Below, piece after piece: positions 28,929 through 49,223 of a DNA stretch of 64,000 bases (within the stretch, counting starts at the first letter, position 1; every line of letters starts with the position of its first letter). The stretch is from Phaeosaccion multiseriatum (Eukaryota; Protista; Ochrophyta, other classes): the NCBI GenBank assembly GCA_965112735.1, contig OZ218950.1, positions 2,232,001 to 2,296,000 of the forward strand, in the 5' to 3' direction. A program made the translations under genes and the position numbers. Below the pieces are notes generated by a model that saw only the letters and a list, made by a program, of their open reading frames with translations, did not search any database and was not told the origin of the DNA.

Positions 28929-31900
28929 GCTACTACTACTACTACTACTCCTATTTCTCCTCCTACCCCTCCTGCTGTGCCCTCAAGCACTCACCAAGTG
29001 TGATGCCCGAAAGGGGCATGTGGTCGGTCATGGAGCGAAGCTGCACAAAGAAGGGCAGCACTCCGCAGTCACGCCCTTGCGTCACCAGGCGGGCCTAGCG
29101 GAGGGAGGGAGGGAGGGAGGGAGGGAGGGAGGGAGGGAGGGAGGGGGGGAGGGAGGAGGGAAGGGCGCACCGGAGGGAGAGAGGGAGGGAGGAGGGAGGG
29201 AAGGGGGAGAGGGAGAGGGAGAGGGAGAGGGAAGGGGAGGGACACACAAAGACAGACGGTCACGCCGGCCAGTCGAGCAACGGAGACAGATAGAGAGGGA
29301 AAGGGGGGGAGAGAGACGGAGGGGAAAGACAGGGAGAGAATAAAGGCGTGTGAGAGACAGTTTAGCCGGTTTCAGACAGCGTCAACCAGAGGCGTTGGTG
29401 ATACACAGTCTCTGCTCACCATAAGGATGCAGTGAGTCGCTGTCTTGCCGAGCCCTCCCGGCCACCACTTGGTGCTTGTTAGAGTTGGGCTATGCACCAC
29501 AAAATGGGCATCCAAGCCCTAAGATGGATTGATGACGACACCCCCAACAGCGCGAGGATTATTGGCAACACACGTCGTCAAAGTAGGGAGAAGGGGTGTT
29601 GGCAAACAAGGGGAGACGAGAGAGCAGAGTGAGGAGGACGGTGGAAACAGGGGGGACGTGCACTTGGCAGACCGATAGACAGACTGACTTACAGACATAA
29701 AGACAGACAGACACACACAGAGAGAGAGAGAGAGGGAGAGAGAGAGAGAGAGAGAGAAGACAAAGAAACAGAGCCTCTCTCACGTTGGCTGCGGGGACGA
29801 AGGTTGCTGTGGTCTCTACAGCTCGGACATTGGAGCCATGGCCGAGCTCTGTCTGGACGTAAGCACCGAGGATGCGAAAGTCTGTGGCGAGAGGAAGCCA
29901 CTTGGCTCGTTGTTCCTCGTTGGTCTGGTACCTGTGAGTCATCGTCCATGGACAACCAGCACGACCACCATGTACAGGAAGAGCAGAGAGGGAGGGAGAG
30001 AGGGGGGGAGGGGGGGGGGGGTCAAAGAGCAGAGAGGGGGGGAGAGAGAGAGGGGGGGGGGGGGGCGGTTCAGGAGAAAGACTTGTGAGAACGAACCCCG
30101 ATCTTGATCCTGATCCCTGACCCTGTCCCCCACACTTCCCCTCCCCCGTTTCCCGTTCATCTTCTTCTCAACCCGTCCCCTCCTCCTTCCCCTTCCCCTT
30201 CCCCTTCCCCTTCCGCTTCCACCCTCACACTTCCCCTCCCCCTTTGCCCCTCCCCTCCCTTTCCTCCCGAACCTCACTGAGGGCAAGCATTACTGACATA
30301 TGGGCAACCAACCAATGAAACCCATGAATTACGTAGTACTAAGTGTGTGTGTGCGCCGCACCTGAGGGCAGGTATGACCATGGCCATATGCACGTCAGTG
30401 GGAAGTACTTCGTCGATGGCGGAGTAGAGCCAGCGCACTTCTTGGGCATCCGTGAGGCCCAACTCGCGACACTTGAGGTGGAAGCAAGCCATCTTCTCCG
30501 CGCTTCGGAGGTACCGCTGTGGGCCACCACGGAAGGAGATGAACGGGCGAGGAGGAGAGAGGGGAGGGAGGGGGAGGGAGGGAGGGGGGGAGGGGAGGGA
30601 AGGAAGGGAGGGAAGGAGGGAGGGAGGGAGGGAGGGAGGGAGGGAGGGAGGGAGGGAGGGAGGGAGGCCTTGCTTGGTTGATCAATTGGTTGCTTGATTG
30701 GTTGATTGGCTGACGGGTTGGATGATTGGTTGATTGGCTGACGGGTTGGATGATTGATTGATTGGCTGACGGGTTGGTTGGTTGGTTGGTTGGTTGGTTG
30801 ATTGCATGATCGATTGATCAAGGAAAGGGTGTGAAGGGGTGGGCTTGTGCGCCTGTTTGCCTCCCAGGCCTCCAAGGTATCATACTTGAGAAAGCACAGG
30901 GGAAAAGAGACGGACTTGGGATCGACGTCCTTGCCACCTTCCTTCCATCAAATCGGTCCCTCTACTGGAGGACTGTCTGAGGACTGACTGGGCTTGTTTT
31001 GTTTGTTTGACTCACCTGTGTGTGGTTGAGGAAGGGTCTATCTTCCTTTGATAGAACGATATCTTCCTCTGCGATGCGCTCCAGCTGTTGGGAGGGACGG
31101 AGGGAGAGGGAGGGAGGGAGAGGGAGGGATTGAGGGAGGAAGAAAGGGAGGGAGGGAGGTGGGATGTGAGGGAAAGCGCAAAAGGTGAGTAAAGGCGGAC
31201 GGAAGATACGGCAAGAGACTGTAGGGGTTGACAGCTGCGCGTACAAACACTCTTGTCGAGGGTTGCAGGGATGGGGAGGGGGCAATAGGTAGGTTCAGCT
31301 CTCTCTTCCTCTTTCATCTCTCACTCTCTCTCTCTCACACACACCAACCTGCTTCATGCGGTCAAACTTTTCCTTTCCTCCGTACATCATGTACCCCATC
31401 GCCAGCGGGCGAACGGAGGAAGATTGGCGCTCCTTCGACAGCAGGGGGTTCTGACGTACAGGGGCAAGAGGGCTGGGTTAGTGCTCAGCGTGCATGTTAT
31501 GGGGGGAGGGAAGGAAGGAAGGAAGGACGGACGGACAGAAGGAAGGAGAGGAGAGGGAGAAGAGGGAAGGCCGGATAGGTGGGGAGGTAGAAAGAGGATA
31601 GGGGGGGGGAGGGAGAGAGAGGGGATGGAAGAGGATATCAATCAGAGGGAGAGAGAGGGGAGAGGGTGAGATAGAGAGGGAGGGGGGGGGGCGGGAGAGA
31701 GAGAGAAGATAGAGAGAGTGAGAGAAGTGGCGAGGCAAAGAGAGGGTATGAGTAGAGAGAGAGAGAGAGAGAGCGTGGGCCGGCCTGAACTAAATCAAGG
31801 CAAAACATCCCCCTAAGATGAAGAAGAGGGAGCCCCACGGCCAGTGAAGAGGGACAGAAGTATTCCACACGTTCTATTCAGTCGGCAGAGTACGAAAGGG

Positions 31901-31953
31901 ACAAAAGTTGTCCACAAGAAGAGTGCGTAGTCAGAGTCAGCAAATCGTACCAT
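24357..31953 (-). CDS. ACX1: Peroxisomal acyl-CoA oxidase (ACOX1/ACX1-like), many exons
   Basis: M|NPLLSKER start; [78 protein letters not shown]-terminal PTS1-like PRL*. Confidence 0.92.
25491..25815. repeat. 55-bp minisatellite, about 6 near-identical copies, in an ACX intron
   Basis: Unit CGGTGCCAATGCCTTATACCCTCTTTACCATCACACCCC(C/T)ATACCCCATACCCCA starts at 25491, 25546, 25601, 25656, 25711 and 25766. Confidence 0.95.
26288..26503. repeat. (GGA)n tract, intronic
   Basis: Visible directly in the sequence. Confidence 0.9.
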
Positions 31954-32623
31954 TGAGCAAGAGCTTGGCGAGGACTCGCCACTCAAAGCCGCAGGTCCAT
32001 GGCTGTAGGGGAGAGACATGCCTCCTCCTTCTTCTCTGCTCTTCTGCCCCTCGTTCCCTCCCTTGGATACTCCTCTCTCCTCTCTGTTGGTGTGGTGATT
32101 GAGGATTTCAGGCCGAATACTGAAAGTGGAAATTCAGATCATGGCGCCATCAATAAATAGTGCCCAAATTAGAAAGGAGCGGGAAAGAGAGGTATGTTAG
32201 GCGTGCTGTAGTGATGATTGCCTTGCTGCTGCTGTAGTGCCCGACTGGACTGAGCGAGGCCCAGAGATACGAGGCGTGCGCTGCGTCCGCCACCATTAGG
32301 TGCTCTCTCCCGCCTCCATCTCTTTATGGCTGTCCCTCCATCTCTTTATGCCTGTCCCTCCCTCTTACTTTCCCCCTTCCTTCTGGTCTGGATCTTCGGC
32401 CACTCTTTCTATCCCCTCTCTCCCGCCCCTTTGCCCGTCTCCCCCTCCTCCCCCTCCCCCTCTCTCTTTCCCCTTCGCAACTCACTGTCCCGTCTCACCC
32501 TTCGTGTGCTGCGCGGTTTGGTGATGCTGCTGCTGCTCCTGCTGCTCCTCTTCTCTGCGATGTACCCCTTTATTCTATGGAAGACGTGTCCCCCTCGCTG
32601 TCGCTAGCAAAGCAACAGCAAAC

Positions 32624-38756
<6,133 letters not shown>

Positions 38757-39275
38757 CCTAAGATAGCAATGCTCTCCAGCTGTTGGCATTTCTCTCCCGC
38801 TAACACTATCAGTGGTCTAGCAAGGCTCTAAAATTGCAGTGGTGTCTAGTGAAGCTAGCTATCAGTCAAAAGCGATGTCGCGTGTCAATGGTCTAGCAAG
38901 GCATATAGAGAGGAAGTGAAACCCGGGAAAGGTTCACACCCTTTTTTTTCCATTTGGACCTTACTAAGGCCTTTGACGTGAAAAACTTACATACAATTGT
39001 GCATCGGACAGAAATAATTTAGGGCGATTTATCGACACACAGGGAGCGAAAGAGAGAAAATCTCTCTTCTTTCCTTCCTCACCTTCCTCGTGGAAAGTAC
39101 AGTCGCTGCTGGACTTCTGTCTAAGCCTGATCTGCAAGCTTGTGCTTCTCACTCCTGCTTCAGCCTTCAGAATTAGACTGCGAAATCTTTCCTCAGACCG
39201 GGTCGAGGAGGGAAGAGAAGGGAAGAGGGAGCGGCGGGCACAGGGCTGCACCGCTTATAGTGCCGCGCACACATC

Positions 39276-39921
39276 ATGTCCTACTGGCTGGTGACGGTGC
39301 CGAATGATGGCAAGCCTCCAGACGCTGTTGTGCGCAAGCTCAGAGATGAAACCTCGGGTGAGTGTGAGAGCAGGGGCAGGGAGGAGGGAAAGGGCGCTGT
39401 GGGTCGGTCTGTAGGTCGGAAAGCGCGTAAGTAGTAATATGAAGAGAAGAAGAGTGAGGAGAATGGTGGATCCACGAAAACAGTTGTAGCGGGACGCAAC
39501 ACTTTCTTATTCGTCTTCCCACCCCTCCCTCCTCATCTCCTTCCTTTCCCTCAAGCAAACTCTCTGCACCCACCTTCACACATTTCCGTGTCCCCTCTTT
39601 GTCTTTCACCCGTTACCTCTCTCTAGCTAATGGACCCCCATAACCCTCCCTTCCTCCATCACACCCTCCATCACCCTCCTCACCCTCCTCCTCCTCCTCC
39701 TCCTCCTCCTCCTCCTCCTCCTCCTCCTCCTCCTCCTCCTCCTCCTCCTCCTCCTCCTCCTCCTCCTCCTCCTCCTCCTCCTCCTCCTCCTCCTCCTCCT
39801 CCTCCTCCTCCTCCTCCTCCTCCTCCTCCTCCTCCTCCTCCTCCTCCTCCTCCTCCTCCTCCTCCTCCTCCTCCTCCTCCTCCTCCTCCTCCTCCTCCTC
39901 CTCCTCCTCCTCCTCCTCCTC

Positions 39922-39953
<32 letters not shown>

Positions 39954-41759
39954 TCCTCCTCCTCCTGCTGCTGCTGCTCCTGCTTCCATCTCTAAAGGAT
40001 CGGCTCAAACGTTCCCTATGGAGCTCCCCAAACTCCTCGTGGGCACGCTTGACTCACTCATGAGCCTGGATGAGGACCTGGCGAAGACGGACGGGCTCGT
40101 GGAGAATGTTGTGAGGAAGGTGGAGAAGCAGTACGAAGAGTTGGCGGGGAAGGGTAGGGAGGAACTACTGGTAAGTGAGCGAGTGATTGAGTGAGTTGAG
40201 TGAGAGAGTGAGTGAATGAATTGAGTAAGTGAGAGGGCAGGGAGGAACCGCTGGGAAGTGAGTGAGTGAGTTGAGGGAGGGAGAGAGTGAGTTGAGTGAG
40301 AGAGGGGAGGGATTGAGTGAGTGAGCGAGCGAGAGTGAATGAGAGGGCAGGGAGGAACTGCTGATACGTGAGGGAGGGAGAGATAAAGTTGAGGGAGGGA
40401 GTGAGTGATTGAGCAGCGAGAGTGACTTTGAGGGCAGGCAGGAACTGCTGATATGTGAGAGGGAGGGAGTCGGAGAGTGCGTTAGTGAGTGAGTGAGCGA
40501 GTGAGAGATTTGGGAGTATGGTTGCGGGAAAGGGCAGGGAGGGGATCTGGGAGTGAGTGACTTTGAATGGGAGCCAAGGGAGAGGTGGGAATTGTGAGAG
40601 GGACGAGAGAAGAATGACTGAACTCAACACACACCCACAACCACACCACACACACACACATCCCCACACCCACTCACCCACACACAACACACACGCATGC
40701 TCTCACATACATACATACCCACACACACACATTCACACACACATATATATGGTCATCATCCCCGCAGGTTGGAAAGGTTCTACCGGAGAGGTATACCCGA
40801 GAGTTTGAGTGGGACTTTGCTCGTTATGCCCCAAGGCAACCGCTTCCCGCGCTGGTGTCTCAGATGAAGGCAGGGGTGGGAAAGATAGAGGAGGAGCTAC
40901 GCAGCTTGGTGCAGGTGTATGGAGACAAGTCAGCGCAGTTGGCAGGGGCACAGCGCAAGAAGGGCTCCAATCTTGTAACGGCTGACCTTAACGACGCTTT
41001 GGATGAGGTGAGAGAGATAGGAGAGGAGGGAGGCGGTGGGGGGGGGAGGGGAGGGAGAGGAGGGAGGGAGGGAGCGGGAGGAGAGGGAGGGAGAGCGAAG
41101 TAGGAGGAGAGAGAGGGAGGAGAGAGCGAGAATGGAAGGGAGCAGAGGGAGCGAGGGGAAAGGTGAGAGGGAGAGAGGCAAGAGAAGCGCGTATATAGAC
41201 ATACCGTAGTCCACGCCTGTTCGGCATCATCTTGGTCCACATACTGGCCTGCTAGCTGACAGGTGTGTGTATGTGTGTGTATGCATGTGTGTGTGTGTGG
41301 GTGTGTGTGTGTATGTGTGTATGTGTGTGTATGTGTGTGTGTGTGTGCTCTCCTGTGTGGTAACCATAGGACAAGCTCCGCGGGCTCACGATTGTGGATA
41401 CGGAGCACTTGGTCACTGTGTTTGTTGCCATGCCGAGGAGCCTCGAGAAGGAGTGGCTGGAGACATACGAGACCATAGGAGAGGACATCGCGGCGTTAGG
41501 CAACCCCGACTGGTACGTGCTGGGGGTGGGGTGGGCTAAGAGGGATAGAAGCGGGCTCAGGCACGCACCATGGCGCGTTGGAAAATGAGAGAGAATGAGA
41601 GGAAGGGTAGGAGAGAGTTGGGGGGAGAGACAGGGAGAGAAGGATGGAGACGGGGGGAGAGAGAGGGGGTGGAGACATAGATCGATCTTTCCTTCCGTCT
41701 CGCCTCTCCCCCTCCTATGTCGTATCCCTGGCTTTTCTGCCCCCCTTTCTCTCTCTCTA

Positions 41760-41805
<46 letters not shown>

Positions 41806-43111
41806 GCACTGACGCTCTCCTCCTACGATATGTCCTCTTCCCTCTCAACTGTACTTCCGCTTCCACATTTGCCGTTTTAACCATCCATCCATCAATCCAT
41901 CCATCCCTGCATCCGCCATAGGAGTAACAACAAGAGCAGGCTGGGGTCCGACGACGGCCAGTACGGACCCGAGTACGCGGAGGGCCGCACGGAGAAGAGG
42001 GGCTCCCCTGTTGTGCCGGGGAGCACCGCTAAGGTCATGGAGGAGGCAGACTCGGTGCTGTATGTGGTCACCATCCTGAGGGGCCAATATCAGGTAATGT
42101 TTCGTATCGTACGTACGTACCTTATATCTTGTCATGCAGAGCCTGCAGAGCTTACAGAAGGTGGCTTCTCTTGGGATCCTTTTCTATCTGTGTCTCTGTC
42201 TCTCTCTCTCTTCTCTGTCTGTCTCTCTGTGTCTCTGTCTCTCTCTCTCTTCTCTGTCTGTCGAATGTCTCGCTTGTCTCTGTCTCTCTTTCTCTTCTCT
42301 GTCTGTCTCTCTGTGTCTCTGTCTCTCTCTCTGACTTCTCGAGCTTATGATTCTCTTCTTTTCTCCACTCCTGCCCGCTCACCCTCTCTCCTGCGTTCCA
42401 ATCGCCCCCCCCCCCTCCAATGCCCTCTCGCGCCCTCTCGGCCCGATTCCTCCTCCTCCCTCCTCCTCCCTCCTCCTTCTCCTCCTCCTCCTCCTCCTCC
42501 TCCTCCTCCTCCTCCTTCTCCTCCTCCTCCTCCTCCTCCCCGCCTTCAGGCCGGCTTCTTTGACGGGGACGACTTCCAATCGGGCATGTCTCAGGACTAT
42601 GTGCAGGCCTTCAAGAAGGCGGCCAAGGAGGGAAAGTACACCGTTAGGGACTTCACGTGAGTATTTGTATTGTAGTCAACGGAACACACGGCTAACCTCT
42701 GAGTACGCGAGTTTCAGTTTCAGCAGATTGATGCTCAAGTTTGTCTAATTTTCCATCCTCAACTTGTTCTGCCACATGATGTGTATGTATGTATGTATGT
42801 ATGTATATATATATATGTATGCATGTATGTATGTTATGTTACGTATCTCTCCTTTTGATATATTTATATGTCTACAGCTATGATCCAGAGCAAGCGGGCG
42901 AGGCGGAGAGAGAGGAGGAGCGTCTGAGGGTGGAGGTGACGCAGCTCAACACAGGCCTCATCCGGTGGAGCAAAACACACTACGGGGAAGCAGTCGTGGC
43001 GTGGATGCACCTTAAGGTGAGAGGCACTTGACTGACTGACTAACTGACTTGACTGACACCAGGTACTGACTGACTGACTGACTCGAGACCCTTGGCAGAC
43101 AGACAGACAGG

Positions 43112-43197
<86 letters not shown>

Positions 43198-43832
43198 GGC
43201 ACACACACACAGCAAACAGATCTCCTGCAACTCGTTGTCTCTGTCTCGCCTGCCTCTCCGCCGTGCCCTTGGAGGAGGGAGGGAAGGAATGGCGCTCTGT
43301 GTTTCTGCTGCGCACAGTCCTTCACGTTACACATGCGCTTATTTTCAACCTTCCTTTGTTTCTTATTTCCTTCCTTCCTTCCTTCCTTCGTTCCTTCCTT
43401 CCTTCTCATCTCGTCATGGATCATCTCAATGCCCTCAGATGATTCGTGCCTTTGTGGAGTCTGTCCTCCGCTACGGCCTTCCCGTCGATCTCAGCACCGT
43501 GCTCCTGCAGCCCAGTAAGGTATGTGGGTGCGTTGGTGCATCGTGCGTGGGTGTGCGAGTGTGTGTGTACGCGTCAAAGGGTGCCTGTGCTCACTAGCGT
43601 GAGCAAGAAAGACTCGCCTCTTGTAACCTATCCCACTCCGCCTCATCCCAACCCTCACCCAAACCTCACCCCACCTTAGGGTAAGGAGAACGCCCTGCAC
43701 CAAACGCTCGACGGCATGTACGCCTCAGTAATGGGGGTGGAGAGCTTCGCTGACAGTGAGGAGGACAAGAAGGACTCTGGCGACTACCTCAATTACGTTG
43801 TCAACAAGTTCTCGCTGCTCAGCACCTCATAG
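39276..43832 (+). CDS. ATP6V1C: V-type proton ATPase subunit C
   Basis: MSYWLV, LLVGTLDSLMSLDEDL, FEWDFARY, DTEHLVT, WLETYETI, VVPGS, YTVRDF, YGEAVVAWMHLK, RAFVESVLRYGLP. Confidence 0.95.
39685..39945. repeat. (CCT)n tract, intronic
   Basis: Visible directly in the sequence. Confidence 0.9.
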
Positions 43833-44582
43833 GAGAAGAAGATGATACGATAGTAGATGCTCCTGTAGCTGCATATGGTGTGGGTTTGTTGCTGGTGTGA
43901 TGATTGGAGGACTATGGGAGGGAGCGACTAATTGACGCATGCCTCACGGTGCTGCCCTTGCTTGTGGGCCTCTGTTTTTCGGAACGGACAGCAGCAGCAG
44001 CAGCAGCAGCAGCAGTTGGTGATACAACAACAGGAGCAGGGAGGAGGAGCACGGAAAAGGGACTGTGGTGGTCTCGTAGCGTGGGCTGACCCCCCCCCCC
44101 CCCCCACACACACACCACGAGGAATTCACGAGACTGACAGGACTGCAAGGCTACTGTGGTTGGTGATTGAATGGTACAACGCATCTTAAACACGTCTTTC
44201 TTTCTCTCTCTATATATATATACTCTTAGGGCCATCTTTGTGCGCACCTACCGCCCACGGTGCAGTACCTACCCCCACGCACTCCGCTCTCCATGCGTGT
44301 CGACATCGACTCTTAGCGTCGATATCAATTAAAACTGGAGCAAAAACGGAAGGCCCTGCTGTGTACACGACGAAGCAGTGGGCCTCGTCACCATTCACCT
44401 CACATTGATCTAGCAAACGGAAGTAGTAGGTGGACTGCTGCATCACCAAGTGCTGCTGCTTCTCTCCCTTAGCGTATCTGCTTGCTCTCCCCTTCCGCCC
44501 CTCAGCGCTGCTTCGTTCAGCATCTACCCAGAAAATTGGGTTTGATACCGAAGGGCTTGCGGTTATCATTGCTGCTTCATGG

Positions 44583-44991
44583 TCAGTATTTGCCAAAAAG
44601 GTTGGGTTTCATATCGAAGGCTTTGGCCAGCAAGGTCTTGGCGCTTCCTGGCTTCACCTGCCGATACACCTCCATACCATACGGCTTGGCCGTCGTTGCC
44701 GGCTACTCGTCGCCCCCCCCCCCCCGTCAACACACAGTCAGTCAGTCAGCCGTGCGAAGCGAAGCGTGGCGAATCATGCACGGCAGGGGGCAAGGGGGCA
44801 GGGAGACAGACGGCGGCAGCGACAGGAGCAATGCATTGGGGAGGGTGAGGAAAGCGTTGGTAGCCTAGTCTAAAGCCTACACTGAAATGAACCAGAGTCA
44901 AGGCCAGAGGATGGAATAGCACACAACCAGCCTAACGTGGGACGTCACAGCCTAGTTACGGCCCTAGAGCTCTTCTCTGCTCAACAAAGGA

Positions 44992-45033
<42 letters not shown>

Positions 45034-46031
45034 CAGTAGGCGCAGCAGCAGCAGCAGCAGTTGGTGCTACAACAGCCGCCCCACGATGAGAGGGGAAAAA
45101 AGTGGCCAGAGAAGTCGAATTGGAGGGGAGGTGCTTTGCACTCATCACCACACCTAAGCATACTTTCTCACACACAACACACCTCTACACAACATAACGC
45201 ACACACACACGCACACACACACGCACACACACACACACACACATAATACACACACACACACACAACACACACAAAAGACAGAAGACCCACGATGAGGAAT
45301 ACAGCTGCCGTGCCGCGCCGCCTAAACACACGCACCTGAACATTGGGTCCAAGAGAGCAGTTGTTCAGGCACGGAGAACCAACTACCTGCGGGGGGGGAG
45401 GGGAACGGACCGGGGCCACAATTGAGAAGGACAAAGATGCTGACCTTTGCTTTTACTCACTCACTCGATGGAGGTTTGGGAGAGGGATTGGGGATGCTTG
45501 ACCCAGGGACACACGGCACACAACTGAGAAGGCAAGGACAGGAGGAGGGATGCTCAGGCTCGCCTTGCTTACATTGCTTATCCTGATCTGACTTGTTCAG
45601 CAGCCCAACCAACCACACTCACCTTGACGCCTGCAGGACAAGTCTTGGTCAGCGAGTCGAGAACTTTTTGAGACCCCTTTTGAAGGCATTCTTTGTTGGT
45701 GCAAACCTGAGGAGAGGGAGGGAGGGGGAAGTTCGAGAGCACTTCTCGCGTACGTCCCTTCTTCCCCAATGTTTCTTCGCTCTCCTTGGTGCCTCTCTAT
45801 TCCCTCTCCCTGTCTCATGTCTTATCTCTATCTACACATACACTCTCTCTCCTCTCTTTATCCCATTAAATGCTCCCTTCTTTTCTCTCTCTCTCTCGCT
45901 CTCGCTCTCGCTCTCTCTGCACCCTCGCTACCCTTCCAACGTACCCTGAGCATTGCTCCAGATGGAACGAGGCCGTGTCCAAGGCACAGAAGGAGACACA
46001 CAAGCACAAGTGAGAAGAGATACGACGCCAT
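44583..46031 (-). CDS. Small thioredoxin-like [2Fe-2S] ferredoxin family protein with N-terminal signal (3' exon structure uncertain)
   Basis: Exons give MASYLFSLVLVCLLLCLGHGLVP..., VCTNKECLQKGSQKV and SPCLNNCSLGPNV (C-x4-C...C-x3-C). Probable last exon VKPGSAKTLLAKAFD...Y*. Confidence 0.7.
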
Positions 46032-47270
46032 GGCGCGGGAGGGAATGGAGGGGGAGGGGAAACATGGAAACATGAAACATGTCTCAAGTCAATGAAAACC
46101 TAATAGCTGAAATTAAAACTGCTTTTTTTTTCTCTTTCCCTTCCCCCTCCCCTCTTTCCGGGACGACGGGTGCTCTATTACAACACAACAAGGGGGGGGA
46201 GGTTGTTTGCAGCAGCGCTCAAGCGTTGGTAAGTGGAAAAGGGGATTGCCGGCCCTAAGGCACGTCAGTACACAGACGAAAAAGAAAAGGAAACGATACT
46301 CTCCTCTCACGCGAAGCCAACCAGCCAACCACCCTCTCGGCCGCGCCCCGCTAGCCATCTCTCCTTCTCCCCAGTTGCCTCTCGCCTTTTGCACTCTTTC
46401 ACTTTTCGCCACTTTTTCCTTTTCCTTTTCCTTTCTTCCTTTTTCCTTGCGGCATTTCTTATTGCTCTCGCCAACTCTTAATTCGGCGTTCACCGGTCAT
46501 GTCACCACATGGGGGCCTTGGGGCCTTTGCCCCGCACCAGCCCCCCATAGCCCCTATAGCCCGAACCGTGCACGTTCGTACGCCATTTGTCGGGCATATG
46601 GGCCAGAGCGCCCCATACCGCGCGGTGTGCGCGCCACTCCTGGCCTGACCAATACGACGACGAAAGTGACGAAAGTGAGTTCATGTGGGGCTGAAGCTAT
46701 ACATATCCCTATTCCAGCTATTCCCCCCTCCATGCTGCTGTGTACACTCATCATATATATAATTATAAAAAAAAGTCTGATCTCTTTCTTGAGACGAAAC
46801 TACACAACGTATCGTTGTAAAAGTAAGCACAGCAACAAACTGTGCTCTGATGACTCGACGATAGGATACTAAAAAGTGCTGCTGTTGTGTAGTGTGTTGC
46901 TGTTGGTTGTGGTGATTGGAGCTTGCTTTGTTGGTGGAAGAGGTTTGCGAGAAAAATGCCAAACTCCATACAAAAAAGCAAGACCACACAGCGCGCCAGT
47001 CAAGGGTCTTTGGGGGGTCTTGGCCGTGGACTCGCTCCCTATAAGCGAGTCCCAGTAGCCACAGTCCAACCCCCCAACCAGACCCCCCAACTCCGACTAG
47101 GCGGCTTCTGCTCGCTGTCCATCATGGCCCGGTGCTGCTCCTGCCAGTGGGGCTGCTGCTGGAGCTGGCCGGGCCTTGTGGTGGTGGTGGTGTTGGTGGT
47201 AGTGGTGGTGGGCTCTGGGAACAAAGTAGCGAAGCGCGAAGGACGCTGGTGTAGCGGCCGCGGCGACGTG

Positions 47271-47851
47271 CTAAAGGCTGCCCTCCTCTGTCAGCACTGC
47301 CACAGGCGGAGAAGGGTCCCTCCCCTCTGCCTCGGGGGACGACCGCCCCTCTCTCGCTTGCACTGGGCCTTCCCTGACGATGGTGCGACGGCTCGACGAG
47401 TAAGACGTAAAGATGGGTACGTTGCATGATACGGCAGGGTATTGCTGCTGCTGCTGCTGCTGCTGGCGCTGCTGTTGCTGCTGCTGTTGTTGTTGTTGTT
47501 GGCCGCTGGAAGCTGTCGCTGCCACTGTTCTCCCACCCGGCAGCAGTGGGCGATCCACCACACCGTATGCTACGTCCAAACCCCCGCTCCCGTCCGCGCC
47601 CCTGCTGCCCGCGGCGCCTTTCCCACCAATGCTGCTTCTCCCTTTGGGGCTCCCGGTGCTGCTGCTGCCCGTGCTGCTACTGCTGCTCCCCTCCCTCCCC
47701 TTTCGCGCGTCGCCTCCTTGTCCTTGTTGGCCTGTGTCACCCGCCAAAGGAAGACCAACCCCGTCTCTACCGCTGCTGCCTGCCGCTGTTCGAAACTGCT
47801 GCTCCTCGGGCGCTGGGGGCGCCTCACGGTGCTGCGGCGATGCCGTTCGAA

Positions 47852-47882
<31 letters not shown>

Positions 47883-48381
47883 GTGGTGGTGGTGGTGGGG
47901 GTGCCAATCCTGCAGAGGGGGTGGGGGCGCTGTGTTGCCCTCGTGAGGGGGTTTCCGGGAGGGACGCTCCTGCTGTATCACCAACTGCTGCTGCTGCTGC
48001 TGCTGCGAAAAGAAGACGGAAGCGAGCTCGACATCTCTGGTCATGGGGCCTGCGGCGGCAAAGTGCGGCTGGTGCTCGCGTGCTGGCCCGAAGGCTCCCA
48101 TGCCCCCCGCCCCTATCGGAGCGGGCCGGAAGAAAGTCGGGGATAGAGTGGGCGACAAGGACGAGGCTGCTTCTGGAAGGGGCGGAGGTAACCCCCCGAG
48201 AAGGTTCAAGACGCCATTGTCACCGCTGCTTCCGTGGGGGCTGGTGTTGCCGGGGCTGCCGCTGCTGTTGCCCGAAGGAGTAGTACTAGTAGTTGCTGTG
48301 GGGGTGGTGGTGGTGGTGGTGGGTGAAGGCTCTGCTCCCCGGACGCTGTGGTGACTCGTGCCTCCCTGTGGCTGCCGCTGC

Positions 48382-48435
<54 letters not shown>

Positions 48436-48778
48436 TCCTCCTGCTGCTGCTGCTCGTCCCTCTGCTGCGTCCGATCTCTCCTCGGCGGGGGCATATAGGG
48501 TGATGCAGAAGAGGAAGACGAGGCCGATGTCGATGCAGCAGCAGCGGCAGCAGGCCACGCTGCTGTCTCCCCAAACGGGAGAAGCGGCGGTAGAGAGGAC
48601 AGCGGTGGGGGGCGGTCGTGCCGCTCGCTGTGGTCCAGGAGGGACGAGTGATGCACATGCGAGAGCCGCTGATCGTCGAGCGCCATTGAATACATCAGTG
48701 GATCCTGTCGCTGGGGATGGGGGTGTTGCTGCTGCTGATGTGGCTGCTGCTGCTGCTGCTGCTGCTGGGGTAAAACCA

Positions 48779-48828
<50 letters not shown>

Positions 48829-49183
48829 GGGTGCGCGCCGTACCTCAGCTGCTCACGCCCATACCCTCCTCGATGACCTCCCTCTATAGGATGCTGCTGC
48901 TGGTTCTGCTGCTGCTGTCCAGAGTCAGCCGCGTAGTACGGCAGCGGCACCCCTTCCCTGCCGCTGCTCCCACCGCCGTACGGCGTCCAGCCCCCCCCCG
49001 AGCTGCGTACCTCCCTTGCAGAGCCCCCCAACTTGAGTGCACCCACGGGCGCTGGCCCACTGGCTGCGTAGTGTTGGCTGCTGCCCCTTGAGGCGAGGGT
49101 CGTAAAGTCAAAGTCAGGCCCCTCATGAAACTCTCTCTTCGCGCCCCCAAGGGGGTGCGAGTCGTTGAATTCATTACCACCCA

Positions 49184-49223
<40 letters not shown>

